Source: the human T2T-CHM13v2.0 reference genome, Homo sapiens
Direction: 5' to 3' (one strand)
NCBI RefSeq assembly: GCF_009914755.1
Contig: NC_060947.1
DNA length: 64,000 nt
The notes beneath the pieces were generated by a model. It ran no database searches. It saw only the letters and a program-made list of their open reading frames with translations, and was not told the DNA's origin. Positions 30,891-50,358 of the stretch are shown here, in pieces (the first letter of the stretch is position 1; every line of letters begins with the position of its first letter). Made by a program: the position numbers and the translations under genes.

Positions 30891-33478
30891 CTCTCAAAAA
30901 CTGGGGTATAGAAGAAATATATCTCAACATAATAAAAGCCAAAACTCATAGCCTTTCCCCTAAGATCTAAAAGATGACAGGGATGCACATTGTCACCACT
31001 GTTATTCAACACAATACTAGGAGTCCCACCTAGAGCAATCAGACAAGAGAAAGAAATAAAGGGCATCCAAATTGGAAAAGAAGAAGTCAAATTATCCTTG
31101 TCTGCAGATGATATAATCTTGTATTTGGAAAAACCTAGACTCCACCAAAAAAAAAAAAATAGAACTGATAAATTCTGTAAAGTTGCAGGATACAAAATCA
31201 ACATACAAAAGTCAGTAGGATTTCTATATGCCAACAGTGAACAATCTAAAAAAGAAATTTTAAAAATAATCCCATTTACAATACTCACAAACAAAATTAA
31301 ACACCTAGAAATTAACCAAAGAAGTAAAAGATCTCTACAATGAAAACTATAAAATACTGCTGGAAGAAATTGAAGAGGACACACAAATATGGAAAGATAT
31401 TCCACATTCATGGATTGGAAGAAACAATATTGTTAAAATGTCCATACTACTCAGAGCAATCTATAGATTCAATGCAATCCCTATCAAAATACCAATGGCA
31501 TTCATCACAGAAATAGAAAAATCAAGCCTAAGATTTAGATGAAACCACAAAAGACCAAGAATGGCCAAAGCTATCCTGGGAATAAGGAACAAAACTGGAG
31601 GAATCACATTACATGACTTCAAATTATACTACAGACCTATGGTAACCAAAACATCATGGTACTTGCATAAAAACAGACACACAGACCAATGGAACAGAAC
31701 AGAGAACCCAGAAACAACTTCACACACCTACAGTGAACTCAATTTCAACAAAGCTGCCAAGAACATACACGGGGGAAAAGACAGTCTCTTCAGTAAATGA
31801 GGCTGGGAAAACTGGATATCCGTATGCAGAAGAATGAAACTAGGCCCCTATCTCTTGTTGTACACAAAAATCAAATCAAAATGGATTAAGGACTTAAATC
31901 TAAGACTTCAATCTATAAAACTGCTATAAGAAAACATGGGGGAAAATCTCCAGGACACAGGTCTGGGCAAAAATTTCCTGAGCTACCCCATAAGCGCAGG
32001 CAACCAAAGCAAACATGGAGAAATGGGATCACATCAAGTTAAAAAGCTTCTGCACAGCAAAGGAAACAAGAAAGTGAAGAGACAACCCACGGAATAGGAG
32101 GAAATATCTGCAAACTACCCATATGACAAGGAATTAATAACCAGAATTTAAGGAGCTCAAGCGACTCTTTAGGAAAGTATCTAATAGTTAGATTAAAACA
32201 TGGGTAAAAGATGTGAATAGACATTTCTGAAAAGAAGACATACAGATGGCAAACTGGCATACGAAAAGGTGCTCAACATCATTGATCATCAGAGAAATGC
32301 AAATCAAAACTACAATGATGTATCATCTTACCCCAGTTAAAGTGGCTTATATCCAAAAGACAGGCAATAACATACTGGTGAGGATGTGGAGAAAAGGGAA
32401 CCCTCGTACACTGTTGGTGGGAATGTAAATTAGTACGAACAATATGGAGAACAGTTTGGAGGCTCCTCAAAAAACTAAAAATACAGCTACCATACAATCC
32501 AGCAATCCTACTGCTGGGTATATAACCCAAAGAAAGGAAATCAGTATATCAAAGAGATATCTGCACTTCCATATTTATTGCAAAACTATTCACAATAGCC
32601 AAGATTTGGAAGCAACCTAAGTGTCCATCAATAGAAGAACAGATAAAGAAAATGTGGTACACATACACAATGGAGTACTATTCAGCCATAAAGAAGGAGA
32701 GTCTGTCATTTGCAACATGGATTGAAATGCAGGTCATTATGGTAAGTGAAATAAGCCAGGCACAGAAAGACAAACACCACATGTTCTCACTTATTTGTAG
32801 GATGTAAAAACAATTGAACTCATAAAGATAGAGAGTAGAAGGATGGTTACCAGAGGCTAGAGAAGGGTAGTGGGGGAGTAGAGGGTAGGTGAAGATGGAT
32901 AATGGGCATAAAAAATAGAATAAATAAGACCTAGTATTTGATAGCGCAATGGGGTGACTATAGTCAATAATAATTTAATTGTACATCTCAAAATAACTAA
33001 GAGTATAATTTGATCATAACACAAATGATAAATGTTTGAAGGAATAGATACCCCATTCCCCATAATGTGATTATTGAACATTGTATGCCTTTCAAAATAT
33101 CTCATGTATCCCATAAATATATATACCTAATATGAACGCCAAAAATTAAAAATTTAAAATAAAAAAAGATGTTTAATAAAATACTTCCTGGCATCATGAA
33201 GTTCCCTGAAATACAGTGATTTTATTTTGGCTATAAGAACACTAAATTTTATATACTAGAATAATAATCTATACGATAGCGGCCTGGGAATCTAAAAGAG
33301 TCAATGTAACTTTCCTACCATGATTTACTTACTAACTTAACCTGACCCAATTTGTGTTCTTGCTCACATAATCTAGCCAATATGTTGAAACAGTTTTACC
33401 TAGTTTCAGGGACTTACCTGAAAAAAATACTATCCAAAATTAGCCTTCAAAACTAAGAAGAAATACAGTTGGATTTCT

Positions 33479-33480
<2 letters not shown>

Positions 33481-33536
<56 letters not shown>
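33481..33536. repeat. (CA)n microsatellite
   Basis: Direct read, >20 units. Confidence 0.98.
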
Positions 33537-33537
<1 letters not shown>

Positions 33538-34369
33538 TCAATAAATACACTGAATAACCATGACAAATAATTTACCATGGGACAGAAACAAAGAAATCCT
33601 GTGCCTCAGTCATTTATACGTATTAAGATAAAGTTGCACAAAAGTTCTGTACATTTCGTAACATAGCAAAACCTAAAAGAGCCACCATTGAACAAACTCA
33701 GTGATAATCTGATATAAACCTCAAGTGTAGTGTATTTTACTGTTTAATGAACTATAAATCCAGATTAGCTTTAATAATACAACCTACCAATAGCACTTTC
33801 AATTATCGGGAGATAGGTGATTAAGAGAAATTTCCTCTTAGAAGCTGCTGATGTTTTAGTCATGAAAATAGTGACAATTCTGAATAATAGTGTTGATTTA
33901 ATTTAGGAAACTGTATGTCAGTTTTATATTTTCTTGACATCTTAGGAAAAAAAACTAGTGACATACTCATTTTACTATGTCCTAATACTGACATCTTCTG
34001 ACAATTTAGGAGAACTACACATCTCCTTAAAACATTTCCCAGTGACTGAAGCTTATCTTTGCACCTAATTTATTAAGGAAAAAAATTAACATTTGTTGAA
34101 TGATGATTATGTAATGAGCACTTCAAATATTATATCATTTGATCTCTTTTAATAACTTTATAACATAACTAATATTATAGAAGATGTTTATTTTATAAAA
34201 AATAAAATACCAATAAATGATGCTATGAAACCAAAGAATTATGTTTTTAAAATGCTCAGTTTTTAAAATGCACATTTTTAAAATGTGGCCTCTATTAAGA
34301 CATCTTGAGAAGTCCACTCAAGTTACTGTAAAACGTTTTTTAAACACTAAAAGTGGGCCAAAAATGTCA

Positions 34370-34660
34370 GTAATCTCAGCACTTTGGGGGGGCCTAGATG
34401 GGAGGATCTCTTGAAGCCAGGAATTTGAGACCAGCCTGGGCAACATAATAAGATCTCACCTCTACAAAAAATTTTAAAATTTGTAGGGCACTGGGGGACA
34501 TACCTGTAGTTCTAGCTACTGGGGAGGCTGAAGCAAGAGGATCACGTGAGCCCAGAGGATGGCCTGAGCCCAGGCATTTGAGGCTGCTGTGTGCTATGAT
34601 CACGCTATTGCACTGCAGTCTGGGCAATAGAGAGAGACTCTGTCTCTTAAAAAAAAAAAT
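34370..34660 (+). mobile_element. AluJ with small internal duplication
   Basis: GAGGAT…TGAGCCCAG occurs twice at 34537-34574. Confidence 0.9.
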
Positions 34661-34729
34661 TAAAAACCAGTAAAACTGTGTTTGTTTGAAAGTGTTTGCT
34701 GATATGATATTAAGCTATACACAGTAGAT

Positions 34730-34960
34730 AAAGAGGCAGCCTAGCATAGGCTTTGGGTTCAAATCTCAACTCTGCCACTTATTACTAAGTGAACTGAAGA
34801 ATACTACTTTGCATCTCTGTGCCTTAATTTCATCATCTGTAAAACAGAAATAGTCATAATTGTACTTACCTCATAAGGTTGTTATGAGGATTAAATGAGT
34901 TGATCTTTGTGAAGTCTTAGGACAGTGCCTGGCACTTAATAAGTGCTATGTAAGTTTTTT
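34730..34960 (+). mobile_element. MIR
   Basis: TGGGTTCAAATC…CTCTGTGCCT…GTTATGAGGATTAAATGAG core. Confidence 0.85.
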
Positions 34961-36403
34961 GACAAATAGTCAGAATTGGTATTGTTACTATGATAAAGGA
35001 GAACTGGTTTTGTTATACTACGATATTGGTAGTATACTAAGAATTTGTATTGTTATACTACAATAAAGGAGAGCAAATAAATATTAAATTTCTTTTATTA
35101 TATGAAATACTACTAAAATTTCCCCCATACCATCAGTCATTCACTAAGTTTTATCTACAAGCAAATTTTATTCAGTGCTTTGTTCAAGGTCCAATGAACT
35201 AAAAAGGGAAACTTTAAAATAATGCTGGAATGTAAACACAATTACAGATGTATAAAGGGTTAGGATAAATAAACTTTCACTATTATTGACCAGGGTTCTA
35301 CTTAGAATGTCCTTCCCTTTTTCCTCATGTCTTCTGTTTCTTTGTTATCTCTTATATTGACCAGGAAATGTAAGACTCATTAAAAGGACTCAGTATTTAT
35401 TTGTTGAAGGCTTAAATTTACCACAGATCCACTAAGACATATAACAGTTTTGTTTTAGTCATGATACTATTTCCAAATGTATGTTACACACCCATATATA
35501 GAAACAAACAAATGTGCATACAGACCTATTTCTACCAGAGAAAAACAGAGAATATAATCCTATTTATTAGTGATATAAACTTGAACCTACAATGTAGACT
35601 AGTACTATGTTTCAGATGAAATTACTATTATCATCTAATAATAATTAGGCTTTGGGAAACATAAAACGTGTACAAAGACAACAAAATTTGCTATTCATGG
35701 AGCAGAAGCTTGTTTGTACTATTCATTTGAGTCAAATCCAGTAATGAATTCTGGCTAGTATTGAATATTATTCTGAATTCTAATGATTGGCTTCTACAAA
35801 TACAGCAGACCCCAATCACAAATAGACAATAATACAATATTTACAAATGTGTACACAGTAAAATTTCATTAAAACCCTGCTAACTAGAAATGTGGGATAA
35901 TTTGGATGATCTGAGCTTTTCTTTTAGCTAAGATAAAAGACACTCAAGCAATCTACTAAGGTAACAAGAAGAAAAAAATGGAAAAATCTGCCCTCAAGCA
36001 TTTTCAGAACTATATAAACAACACTTATTTACATAGGAACAGTTAAATGCTAATTGTAAATATGTGTCAAATATTTATTGAAACAAATCCAATGAAAGAC
36101 TTTTCCTGGACAATTCTTTTAAAACATACTACATATTGCTACAACTAGCAGTGCAGCAAACATTCGTCTATCTTGCAAAGTATTTGGTAAATCATAATTT
36201 ATATTTATCTACTCAATTATTCTCAATTACTGAAACCTTATGGATATAATTAGATTGTATTACCCCATATATGTGAGAAATCAAAATAACACATTTACTA
36301 CATTTAACTAGAGAGTTACAGTCTACCTTATTAACTCAAAACAAAACTGACAAAATAAAAACTAATAATTACAAAGTAAATTTAAAAACTTAATATAGAG
36401 TAC

Positions 36404-36520
36404 CTTGAAATATTCTTTTCTAATCTGTTTGCTCCGCCTCCTTTCTTCACTCTGCCAGATTATAGGGTGAGATTCTGGCCACGGTTGTTCATCTATTTGA
36501 TCCTTCTGATTTTCTAAGGG
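36404..36520 (-). CDS. LRCH2: LRCH2 exon ~14 (PLENQKDQIDEQPWPESHPIIWQSEERRRSKQIRKEYFK)
   Basis: 117 nt, TAG/GTACTC, open phase 0-0. Confidence 0.92.
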
Positions 36521-36598
36521 CTATAATGAGACAATTTATTTTAACTAAATAAAAGAGAACAAAATGATAGATATAATTGTAATTTAATTTCTTCTTAC

Positions 36599-36647
36599 CT
36601 GCCAGGTGAGGGGTGATAATGGTGAATTAACTTCATCTGCTGAGACA
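36599..36647 (-). CDS. LRCH2: LRCH2 exon ~13 ((S)VSADEVNSPLSPLTWQ)
   Basis: 49 nt, TAG/GTAAGA, phase 2 to 0. Confidence 0.92.
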
Positions 36648-37269
36648 CTAAAAAATTGAAGATGCCTTAATACGTTAAAATATTTAGAATAAATCCTTAA
36701 ATATATATTATGAACCTTAGATGTTATCTTTTTAAAAACATTGTAAAGAATTTACCCATGTCTACACTTTGGCCTAACAACATAAAACTTAAAGTTGACA
36801 GAAATATATTTAAGTTTCTAAAACCTGTTGCTCTACAGGAAATATCAAAATGGGTTTATTCTATGTAGGCCCTATGCATAGGTCTATTCTAAGGAATTCC
36901 CAGAAGCTAAAATAAGTGAAATATCTAAAGATATATTGTCAAAGGACAGACAGGATATTTATTATATTAAAATAATTAACAAAGACTAAAAAAAACTAAT
37001 AATTTCCTTTGTCTAAATGCCAAAGAGATCAAGCGAGTAGTTATTTTTGCCTACTGAATTACTGATTATGAGATGCAACCTGTTCATTCTAACAAAACAG
37101 GGGCTATGAAGGAAATTATTTTCATCTAATTTTTTGTTGTTGAGATAAGGCAGACTATGCATGCTGTTGTTAGATGGCAATTTTGAACAAGGAGTTCCTG
37201 TGGAAAAAATATATAAACAAAATGTCCACTGAAGCTGCTATAACTTAACACTATTGTGGAATTTCTGTA

Positions 37270-41450
<4,181 letters not shown>

Positions 41451-41453
41451 GTG

Positions 41454-41637
41454 GGCCAGGTGTGTGGTGGCTCACACCTGTAATCCCAGCATTTTGGGAG
41501 GCTGAGGCAGGTGAATCACTTGAAGTCAGGAGTTCGAGACCAGCCTGGCCAACATGGTGAAATCTCATCTCCGCGCCACTGCACTCCAGCCTGGGCGACA
41601 GAGCAAGACTCTGTCAAAAAAAAAAAAAAAAAAAAAA
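41454..41637 (+). mobile_element. AluS with large internal deletion, followed by (GA)n
   Basis: Left arm ...ATCTCATCTC joined to CGCGCCACTGCACTCC of the right arm. Confidence 0.92.
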
Positions 41638-43176
41638 GAGAGAGAGAGAGAGAAAGAGAAAGAGAGGAAGGAAGGAAGGAAAATACAAGTGTACAGGATA
41701 TATAAAGTTCATCAAAATGTATATTTAGATTTAGTAGGTATATAAAACCATCACTATAATATTAAGTGAAAACTGCATATTACTAAATAGTATACTCAGT
41801 ATGATCTCATTTTTGTTAACAGAAAGTATGTGAGATTTTTCTAAAGGTGGGGAAGGGGTGGGGTGTGCTCACCCACGTACTGCTGAAAAAAGTCACAGAA
41901 TTTAAAATATATTCCCATAATTTAATGTGTTTTGATACGTGCAGCAAACCATCAGAGCACATGTATACCTAGTAACAAACCTGCCGATTCTACACATGTA
42001 TCTCAGAACTTAAAGTATAATTTAAAAAAAGAAAAAAAAGTTAAGGTCATATAATACTTCTTAATACCAGAAAAAGAATACCCACAAAGCTATTTCCCTT
42101 TTGAACAAAAAAGGAGGTTAGAATTGAAAAAGGAAGGGCTGAGATACAAAAGAAAGGAAAAATAAGAAAGTTCACAATAGTAATAACTTAGTTTAACAAC
42201 TAATAACATATGTGACACTTTCTGTGTGCTAATCACCGTCATAAGCAATTTACTACATTAACCCATTTCATCCTTACAGTAACCATGAGGTAGACACTGT
42301 TATTATTTGTGTTTTATAGAAGGGGTAAATGTGGCTCAGAGTAAGCTAAATAACTTCCCCAAGAGAATGAAGAAAGAAGTTCTGTTCCTAAATGCAAATG
42401 GTGCCAGTGGGGGAATGTACAAGATGAAGCTCTCAGGGTAAGCAGAAACCCACCTCAATCTTATGGGTTAAGTTAAATATTTTAAGGTTTATTCTAAAAG
42501 TTGTAAAGAGTCATTAGAAGATAATAAATGGGAGTCACAAGTAAGATTTGTTTCAGAATTATCACTCTTCCATTGTGCAGAAGACAGACTTAAAGCTAGG
42601 CAAACCTGAAAAAAAGGAGCTATGTCTTGGGACTGCTGGAATAAGCCAAGCAGAAAAAGACTGGGCCTGAACATTCTCAGAGGATTGACTCAGGAGTTGA
42701 GTCTAATCTAAATTCAAACCATCAAAAAGAATAAATAGAAACTTTCAAGGTCTTCTAGTTCTCAGGAATTCATATATGTGGATTTATATCATGTATTCAC
42801 ATAGAAGAATTTAGTACCACCCAATTGAAAAGAAATGAAAACATAAACAGTATCATAGAGAATAAACACAATCAATGATAAAGAAACACATTATTCCTGG
42901 CAGGAATAGCAATATAATAAATGTTCACTGAATGAACAAATAAATGATTCTATCAAGACAAAAATGCATCTATGAGCAAAAAAGATCAGCATTTTTTATT
43001 TTGCTTACATCAAAAGTAAATTTAACTCATGTTCTAAAACATTTCCTATTTAAATTATCTAGTTATATTAAATCTGTATCACTTATTTAATTAAAGCCTA
43101 TATACAAAAACATCACTGTCAAAGGATCAATACTCATTATAAAATATTAAATGTAAAAACTAAGATATTTTTATAC

Positions 43177-43242
43177 CTCTTTTCACATTCCACAGTTTGT
43201 TTTGGCTTGTTTCTCATCACAGAAGTTGAATGATTAAGAATC
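43177..43242 (-). CDS. LRCH2: LRCH2 exon ~12 ((R)ILNHSTSVMRNKPKQTVECEK(S))
   Basis: 66 nt, TAG/GTATAA, phase 2-2. Confidence 0.88.
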
Positions 43243-46031
43243 CTAGAAGTAAATCAACACATTAATTCCCAAATCTATTAAGAATATTACATCACATGAT
43301 ATAAAAAAAATCTCTAAAATAAACTGCATCTGGTCCTTGAAGATCTTTGCTAGAAAATAATATTTAAATATTATTTAGATCAGATGCCCATAAGTGTACT
43401 ATTTTATAACAAAATGAAGCTCGGCAACTTTTCCATGCATCTTCGTTTATAAACCCTTTCTCAAAGTTTGGATATCTTCTACCCATGCTATTATTGCCCT
43501 TTGCATATCTAACTTTTGGCTGAGATAGAAGATAAAGAGATACAGAGGTACCATCGTGACTGATTTATTTTTCCCAGCACAGCAAATGATATGAGGTATG
43601 TTTATGTAATACATAGTTATTTTGCCAAATGAAAAATTTTAATTCTAAATGCAAAATCAGCGCTCCAGTCCAATTCTTTAAAAAAACACAAGTTTCTTAA
43701 ACTTTTAATAACTAAATAAAACCATTCAAAGAAAACCAAAGAAAGAAAATGATGAACCATTATAAGAGAGAACTATTTCTACATAATGTTACATAATTCT
43801 AAGTATTAATCTCAAAGTCAAAAGTAATGAATTACTGTCCTTAACATAAGGAACTATACTTAAGAGTTCTTAATGTTACTATATATAAATATAATTTTCA
43901 CTTTTAAAATTTAATATAAGTAAAATCTCGGCCTTTTATTCAAAATAAAATCTCCAGACGTCAACTGCCAAAAGAATATAGAAATGGATTTTAAATAAAA
44001 GCTATATATTGACTAATAAAATACATAATGAATTAAATATAAGTTGGTAATTACAGAAATATGGTTAGCATAAAGAAACCAAAGTCCATTACGCTGGATT
44101 CCTCACTAGCGTGGATCTAGTAGGGCCTCACTAGGAAAAAGTGATAATGAGATGCAAAGGACAAGTATCACACACCAATCAGTGTAGCTTTGGGCCAAAC
44201 AATTTCAGAATTAAGGACACTTCTTCTTTGTATAGGCATGCATTAAAATTGCCTTAAATTCTTAAATACAGAAAAATTAAGGTAATGAAATATCTAAAAC
44301 TATTAGGAAAAATATATTTTAAAAGAGTGATTTTTTTTTAAAGAAGAGACCGCAGTAAGTACTACCCTGGGGGAAATTTCAGAATTATTGCAGGGGAGGG
44401 GACTCAAACTACAATGGCCTTCACTATAGTAAATTCTAACTCCTTCTCACCACACATTCATTAGCATTGTGATTACGGTTGTGTATGAGTTATATTGAAA
44501 CAGAAAAACAAGTTGAGATCCACTTACCTATACAATATATTTTATGTACTTGAGAATTCACCTATGTAAAATTTTGCTATGTTCATTATTTTATGATTTA
44601 CTCTGATACCAAAAGTCAAAACAAACATCTATTCTAATTAAACATCTAGATTATTAACATACTTCCCTAATCCAGTTACTAGTACTTATTTTAAGTAAAA
44701 GACTATACAATTCAGCTATGTCAACCTGGCCCCATAATACTTGAAGGCTTCCACAAACTCTAGATACCTTGATTCATGTCCTGCTGCTCTGGTCCTCTGG
44801 AAGAGTTTATCACTGAATGATGCTCCTACAACTTAAAGGCCTCTGTCTGTATTCATATTTCACATAAATCAACCAAACCAAAAGATGGGAGAAGATGTTT
44901 TTGGAGAGACAGGGTAGTCATTTGTAAAGAAAGCAGAAACAAAAGAATACATAGATTTCAAGGACTGAGAGATCCACCTAATTAGTTATAACAAGCTAGA
45001 GGTTAACATGATGCTCCTCAAATTGAAATGTTCACATGATCAGGGAAAAATCATAATAAAACAGGTAATGTCCATAATTTCTATAATTCTAAAACAAAAT
45101 TATAAACTTCCTAAACCTAGTTTTGCTTTCCATGATCCTTAATTATACTTTAATTATAACTTTTCATAATTGCTTTTTGTTATTTAGCTGTATCACATAG
45201 TAATTAGAAGCACATCTTTCCACAATAAAGAAAAACTCTCAAGACACACCTAAAAGCAAATAAAATAATTACTAAAAGGAAAGACACAACAGAAAATACT
45301 ACAGCGTAAGTTAGCAGGAACAAACATGCAATGGGAACCAGTTAAATGAAGCTATTTACTGCAAAATCACACATATATTTTAATCCTTTCTTTAGAATAG
45401 TAACTAAACAAAATTTAAGAAGCCAGCTAAACATCTACTTATTACGCCCCCAAAGAAAATCAGTATAAGAAAAAGAGCAGTAGCCACCTTTTCAACACTA
45501 ACATAAATGAGTAAGACTCATGGAAATTTGTAAAACTGGCTCAATAATTAATAATACATATCAACTTTTTTGTTTTTCAACAGAATTTCCTTTTTTATTA
45601 TCAAGTTAATATTAAGAATATTCTAATAGTATCATTTTATTCTCAGTTCCTTCCTTGATTTTTCTTGGTCTAAAAAACATGCTCCCTTTTGTCAATTTTA
45701 TTTTATTTTGGTAAGAACATTTAACAAGAGATCTACTCTTTTAACAAATTTTTAAGTATACAATACTGTACTGTTAATTATAGGCACAATGTTGTACAGC
45801 AGATCCCTAGAACTTACTCATCATGCAACATTATTTTTAAGATAATGATTTTTTTTCAAGACTTGTTTTTATTTCCCAAAATAATAGTGAAGGTAAAATT
45901 AGAACTTGATGAATAGCTATTTAAATATAGTCAAAGTCATTGATTCAGAGTGACTTCAATACACTCAGATGCAAGTAGAAATAATAATCCAATATTTTGA
46001 CAGGGGATGATAAAGACTGTTTATCAATTAA

Positions 46032-46370
<339 letters not shown>

Positions 46371-46610
46371 TTAACCTACACATCTTAATCAGACAAAGTG
46401 GAGGCAGTCTTCTAAACAACTAGGCTTCAGACTTTAAAACCTTATGAGTTACCAATTTGATGGTTTATTTGCTGATCTCTTTTCTCACCCTTTTTGAGTA
46501 TTAATTCTGTACAATATCCTCTTGCTGCTCCCCTAGGATAGTTTCATGTACCAAGTACTGGCATAAAGTTTCTTAAAGAATCAAAGACATTTTAAAAAAT
46601 AATATGAACT

Positions 46611-46937
<327 letters not shown>

Positions 46938-47644
46938 CTAAGCAAGTGGCAAAACTGCCATAAGGAAATCATCACTGAACTCAATGTAAGCTGTTTTTTA
47001 ATTACCTCTAGTTTGGGAGAAGATACATGGCTTCATTTAGCTGAGAGCTAACATTGCATTTGTCTTCTACTAGTAGCAAGTTAAAGAACAGTTAAGTAAT
47101 ATACAGTCAAAGTAGCAGTCCTGGATGATATTTCCTGGTAGGCGAGGGTAATCTTAATCCAGTTAAATTATTTTTAATCAAGACTAAAAACAAACAAAAT
47201 TTACAATAATTATTTTAAAACCTAAAAAGAGATGTTACAACTCCTGGCCTACAATTTTAAATAGCATTTCAGATCCTTCACTAATATATTTGGAATATAA
47301 GACACAATAATACAGCATGAAAAGGAAAATCCACAACCAGAGAAGGTATAAATTATATCAAATCCACTGTAGGATATATTCTCATATAGGATTACGCTTA
47401 GATTTTTGGTCTCATTCAAATTCAAGTATTGTGACAGTAAACTAAAAATTTTAAGTCCCTAAATCTAAAAGATCTAAGCAATAGTAACATATTGTAGAAG
47501 GAAGAAAGATTATTTAATAGAAAAAATATTAGATTTAGCATTTAAAAATTCTGAGATCCAGTTTAAGTTCAGGCATTAACAGAATTGGCTAGGGATCTAA
47601 AATTCTCCATACGTTATAAATTTTAAAAGTAAAATGTGCTCTTT

Positions 47645-47937
47645 GGCCGGGCGTGGTGGCTCACGCCTGTAATCCCAGCACTTTGGAAGGCCGAGGCGGG
47701 TGGAACCCCTGAGGCCAGGAGTTTCAGACCAGCCTAGCCAACATGGCGAAACCCCGTCTCTACTAAAATACAAAAAAAATAGCCGGGTGTGGTGGCACAC
47801 ACTGGTAATCCCAGCTACTTGGGAGGCCGAGGGATGAGAATGACTTGAACCCAGGAGGCAGAGGCTGCAGTGAGCCAAGACTGTACCACTGCACTCTAGA
47901 CTGGGCAACAGAGCAAGACTCTGTCTCAAAAAAAAAA
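47645..47937 (+). mobile_element. AluS
   Basis: Full dimer, TSD ~GTGCTCTTT. Confidence 0.95.
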
Positions 47938-48449
47938 GTGCTCTTTACTTTATGATCATATTATAAATATTTTAATGTCTGAAAAAATTAGACATACTTA
48001 TCACAACAATGTCACTGTATATTAATATTTAATCTAAAAAGTTCTTATATTAGTATGTACTAACATCTAAAAAGGATGATAAAGAAGAGAATTAGAAAAA
48101 GAAATTACTTTTGCATACATCTTGAAGAACAGCAGAAGTTTTTTTTAGGGAGAACATATAATTTTTTAACTAATTTCTCCTACTAGTTTTAAATGTATTG
48201 ATTTAATTTTCAAGCAGTCAATCAAAAATATTATGTATTTACTATGTATAAGGCACAGTGCTAGATGCTATTTTGTACTGATTACAAAACTATCACAAAA
48301 ATAAAACCAATGAAAGATTAACTATTCAGTCAATGTTGTACCTAGGCTAGAAAGAATAATTTAAGTCACATGGATAGATGAAAAACTAATATGCTAATAA
48401 GAAAATGGAAATACAGAAATATCGTATATGACAATGTAAAAATCTATAA

Positions 48450-48864
<415 letters not shown>

Positions 48865-50043
48865 TAGAGGAGACAGAAACTTTTTAAGCTCCACAGAACA
48901 GGTGGTGGCTTGCTTCATCAAACCTTTTAAATCACAGGGCAATCAACACTTAAATTATATTGGAGGGGGAAAAACAAACACAGCCTCATAAGTAGCCAAT
49001 TTTTAAAAGGCCCATTAGAAAAGAATCACAGGAAAAGTTGAAAAGATAAACATCACAGAAAAAGCAGACCGAAAGTTACAGCAGAAGAAAAATGTGAACT
49101 GCTGATGAAGATACATTTGATATGAAAGGAATAAAGGTTAGTGATTTTCTAGTATGATTTTGTATATCTATAAATGTAGCAACTGTGCAAAAAAGACACT
49201 TAGGCAATTTAGCTTATTAGCTATTATATAGATTGCCCCTAAAAAGTGGCCCCTAGAAACCATATATTTGTCATTTGATAAGTTTTAGTTGTATTTTTCA
49301 ATGTACATTTAAACAAATGCCAGTATATTTAAATTTGAAACTTCCCAAAACATGGTCATATTAACCATAAACATTTATTATTTTGAATAAATGAAATAAA
49401 ATATTTTACTTATCCATGTTAAATGCACCAAAATTATTCTCTTTTCTCAAAGCAAAAAAAAACCATTCAGATCTTTATCATTTCAAAACTATAAATGTAG
49501 TCCTCTCAGTACATGAAGATGGCAATAACAGCTGACCCTCAGCAGCATATGGAACTTTTCCTGCATTAGAAGTGGACATGTCTTGATTTTATTCTCATTC
49601 ACACAGTACCCTTCTCATTGCCAACAACATGTACTTGAAGAAAGCCTAGCCAAAAGATGAGGAAAATGGTCTTTGACCAAGAAACAGACCAAAGTGAGCC
49701 AGTGACCCTCAAATCATCATACTGATTTAATCAACTCTTGCAAAATTCAACTCCATTCTAAGGAGTTTAGACGTATGCCAAGTTTGGAATCTGAGTTTTA
49801 AAAAGCACGTTATATTCATGACATGTACCTAGAAAAAAAATGCTTACAATGTAAATAATGCTACTGTGAGCTAAAATTAATATCAACAAATAAATCAGTT
49901 ATTATGATTCAGCACATACACAGGAATAAAAAAGAAATACCTAGGCAATATTAAATATAGTGACTATATATATGAGTACATTCTGTTAGTTGTAAATGTA
50001 ATTTTATATTCCCGTCCTAAGTATTTCCTATTGCCTTTTAGTA

Positions 50044-50115
50044 CAGGTTGAGTATCCCTTATTTGAAATGCTTGGGATCCGATTTCAGATTTTTGAATGA
50101 GGAATACTCAATCTG
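50044..50115. mobile_element. Tiny Tigger4/MER46-type MITE (TIRs only)
   Basis: TA-CAGGTTGAGTATCCC…GGAATACTCAATCTG-TA. Confidence 0.78.
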
Positions 50116-50250
50116 TAGTTAGTCCCTTGAGATAGATCTTAAGAGGGCACTATTGTTTACTCAAAACTTCATATACTTTGATAATCTTTAAATAATCAAT
50201 TTAATGATTATAAAATTTGCCAATTCAAATCTCATTACTGAAAGGAATAC

Positions 50251-50358
50251 CTGTTCTTCTGTTCTTGCTGCAATAACTGAGCAGCTATTTTCCTCAAATC
50301 AGTTACTTCCTTCAAATCATCATCCTCTTCCTCTGCCAGTAACTGTTCTTTCTCAAGT
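50251..50358 (-). CDS. LRCH2: LRCH2 exon ~11 ((R)LEKEQLLAEEEDDDLKEVTDLRKIAAQLLQQEQKN(R))
   Basis: 108 nt, CAG/GTATTC, phase 2-2, acidic/coiled-coil-like. Confidence 0.92.

Noticed and set aside
30809-31411. 200-aa minus-strand ORF
   Set aside because: Antisense frame of L1 ORF2 running into a THE1 LTR.
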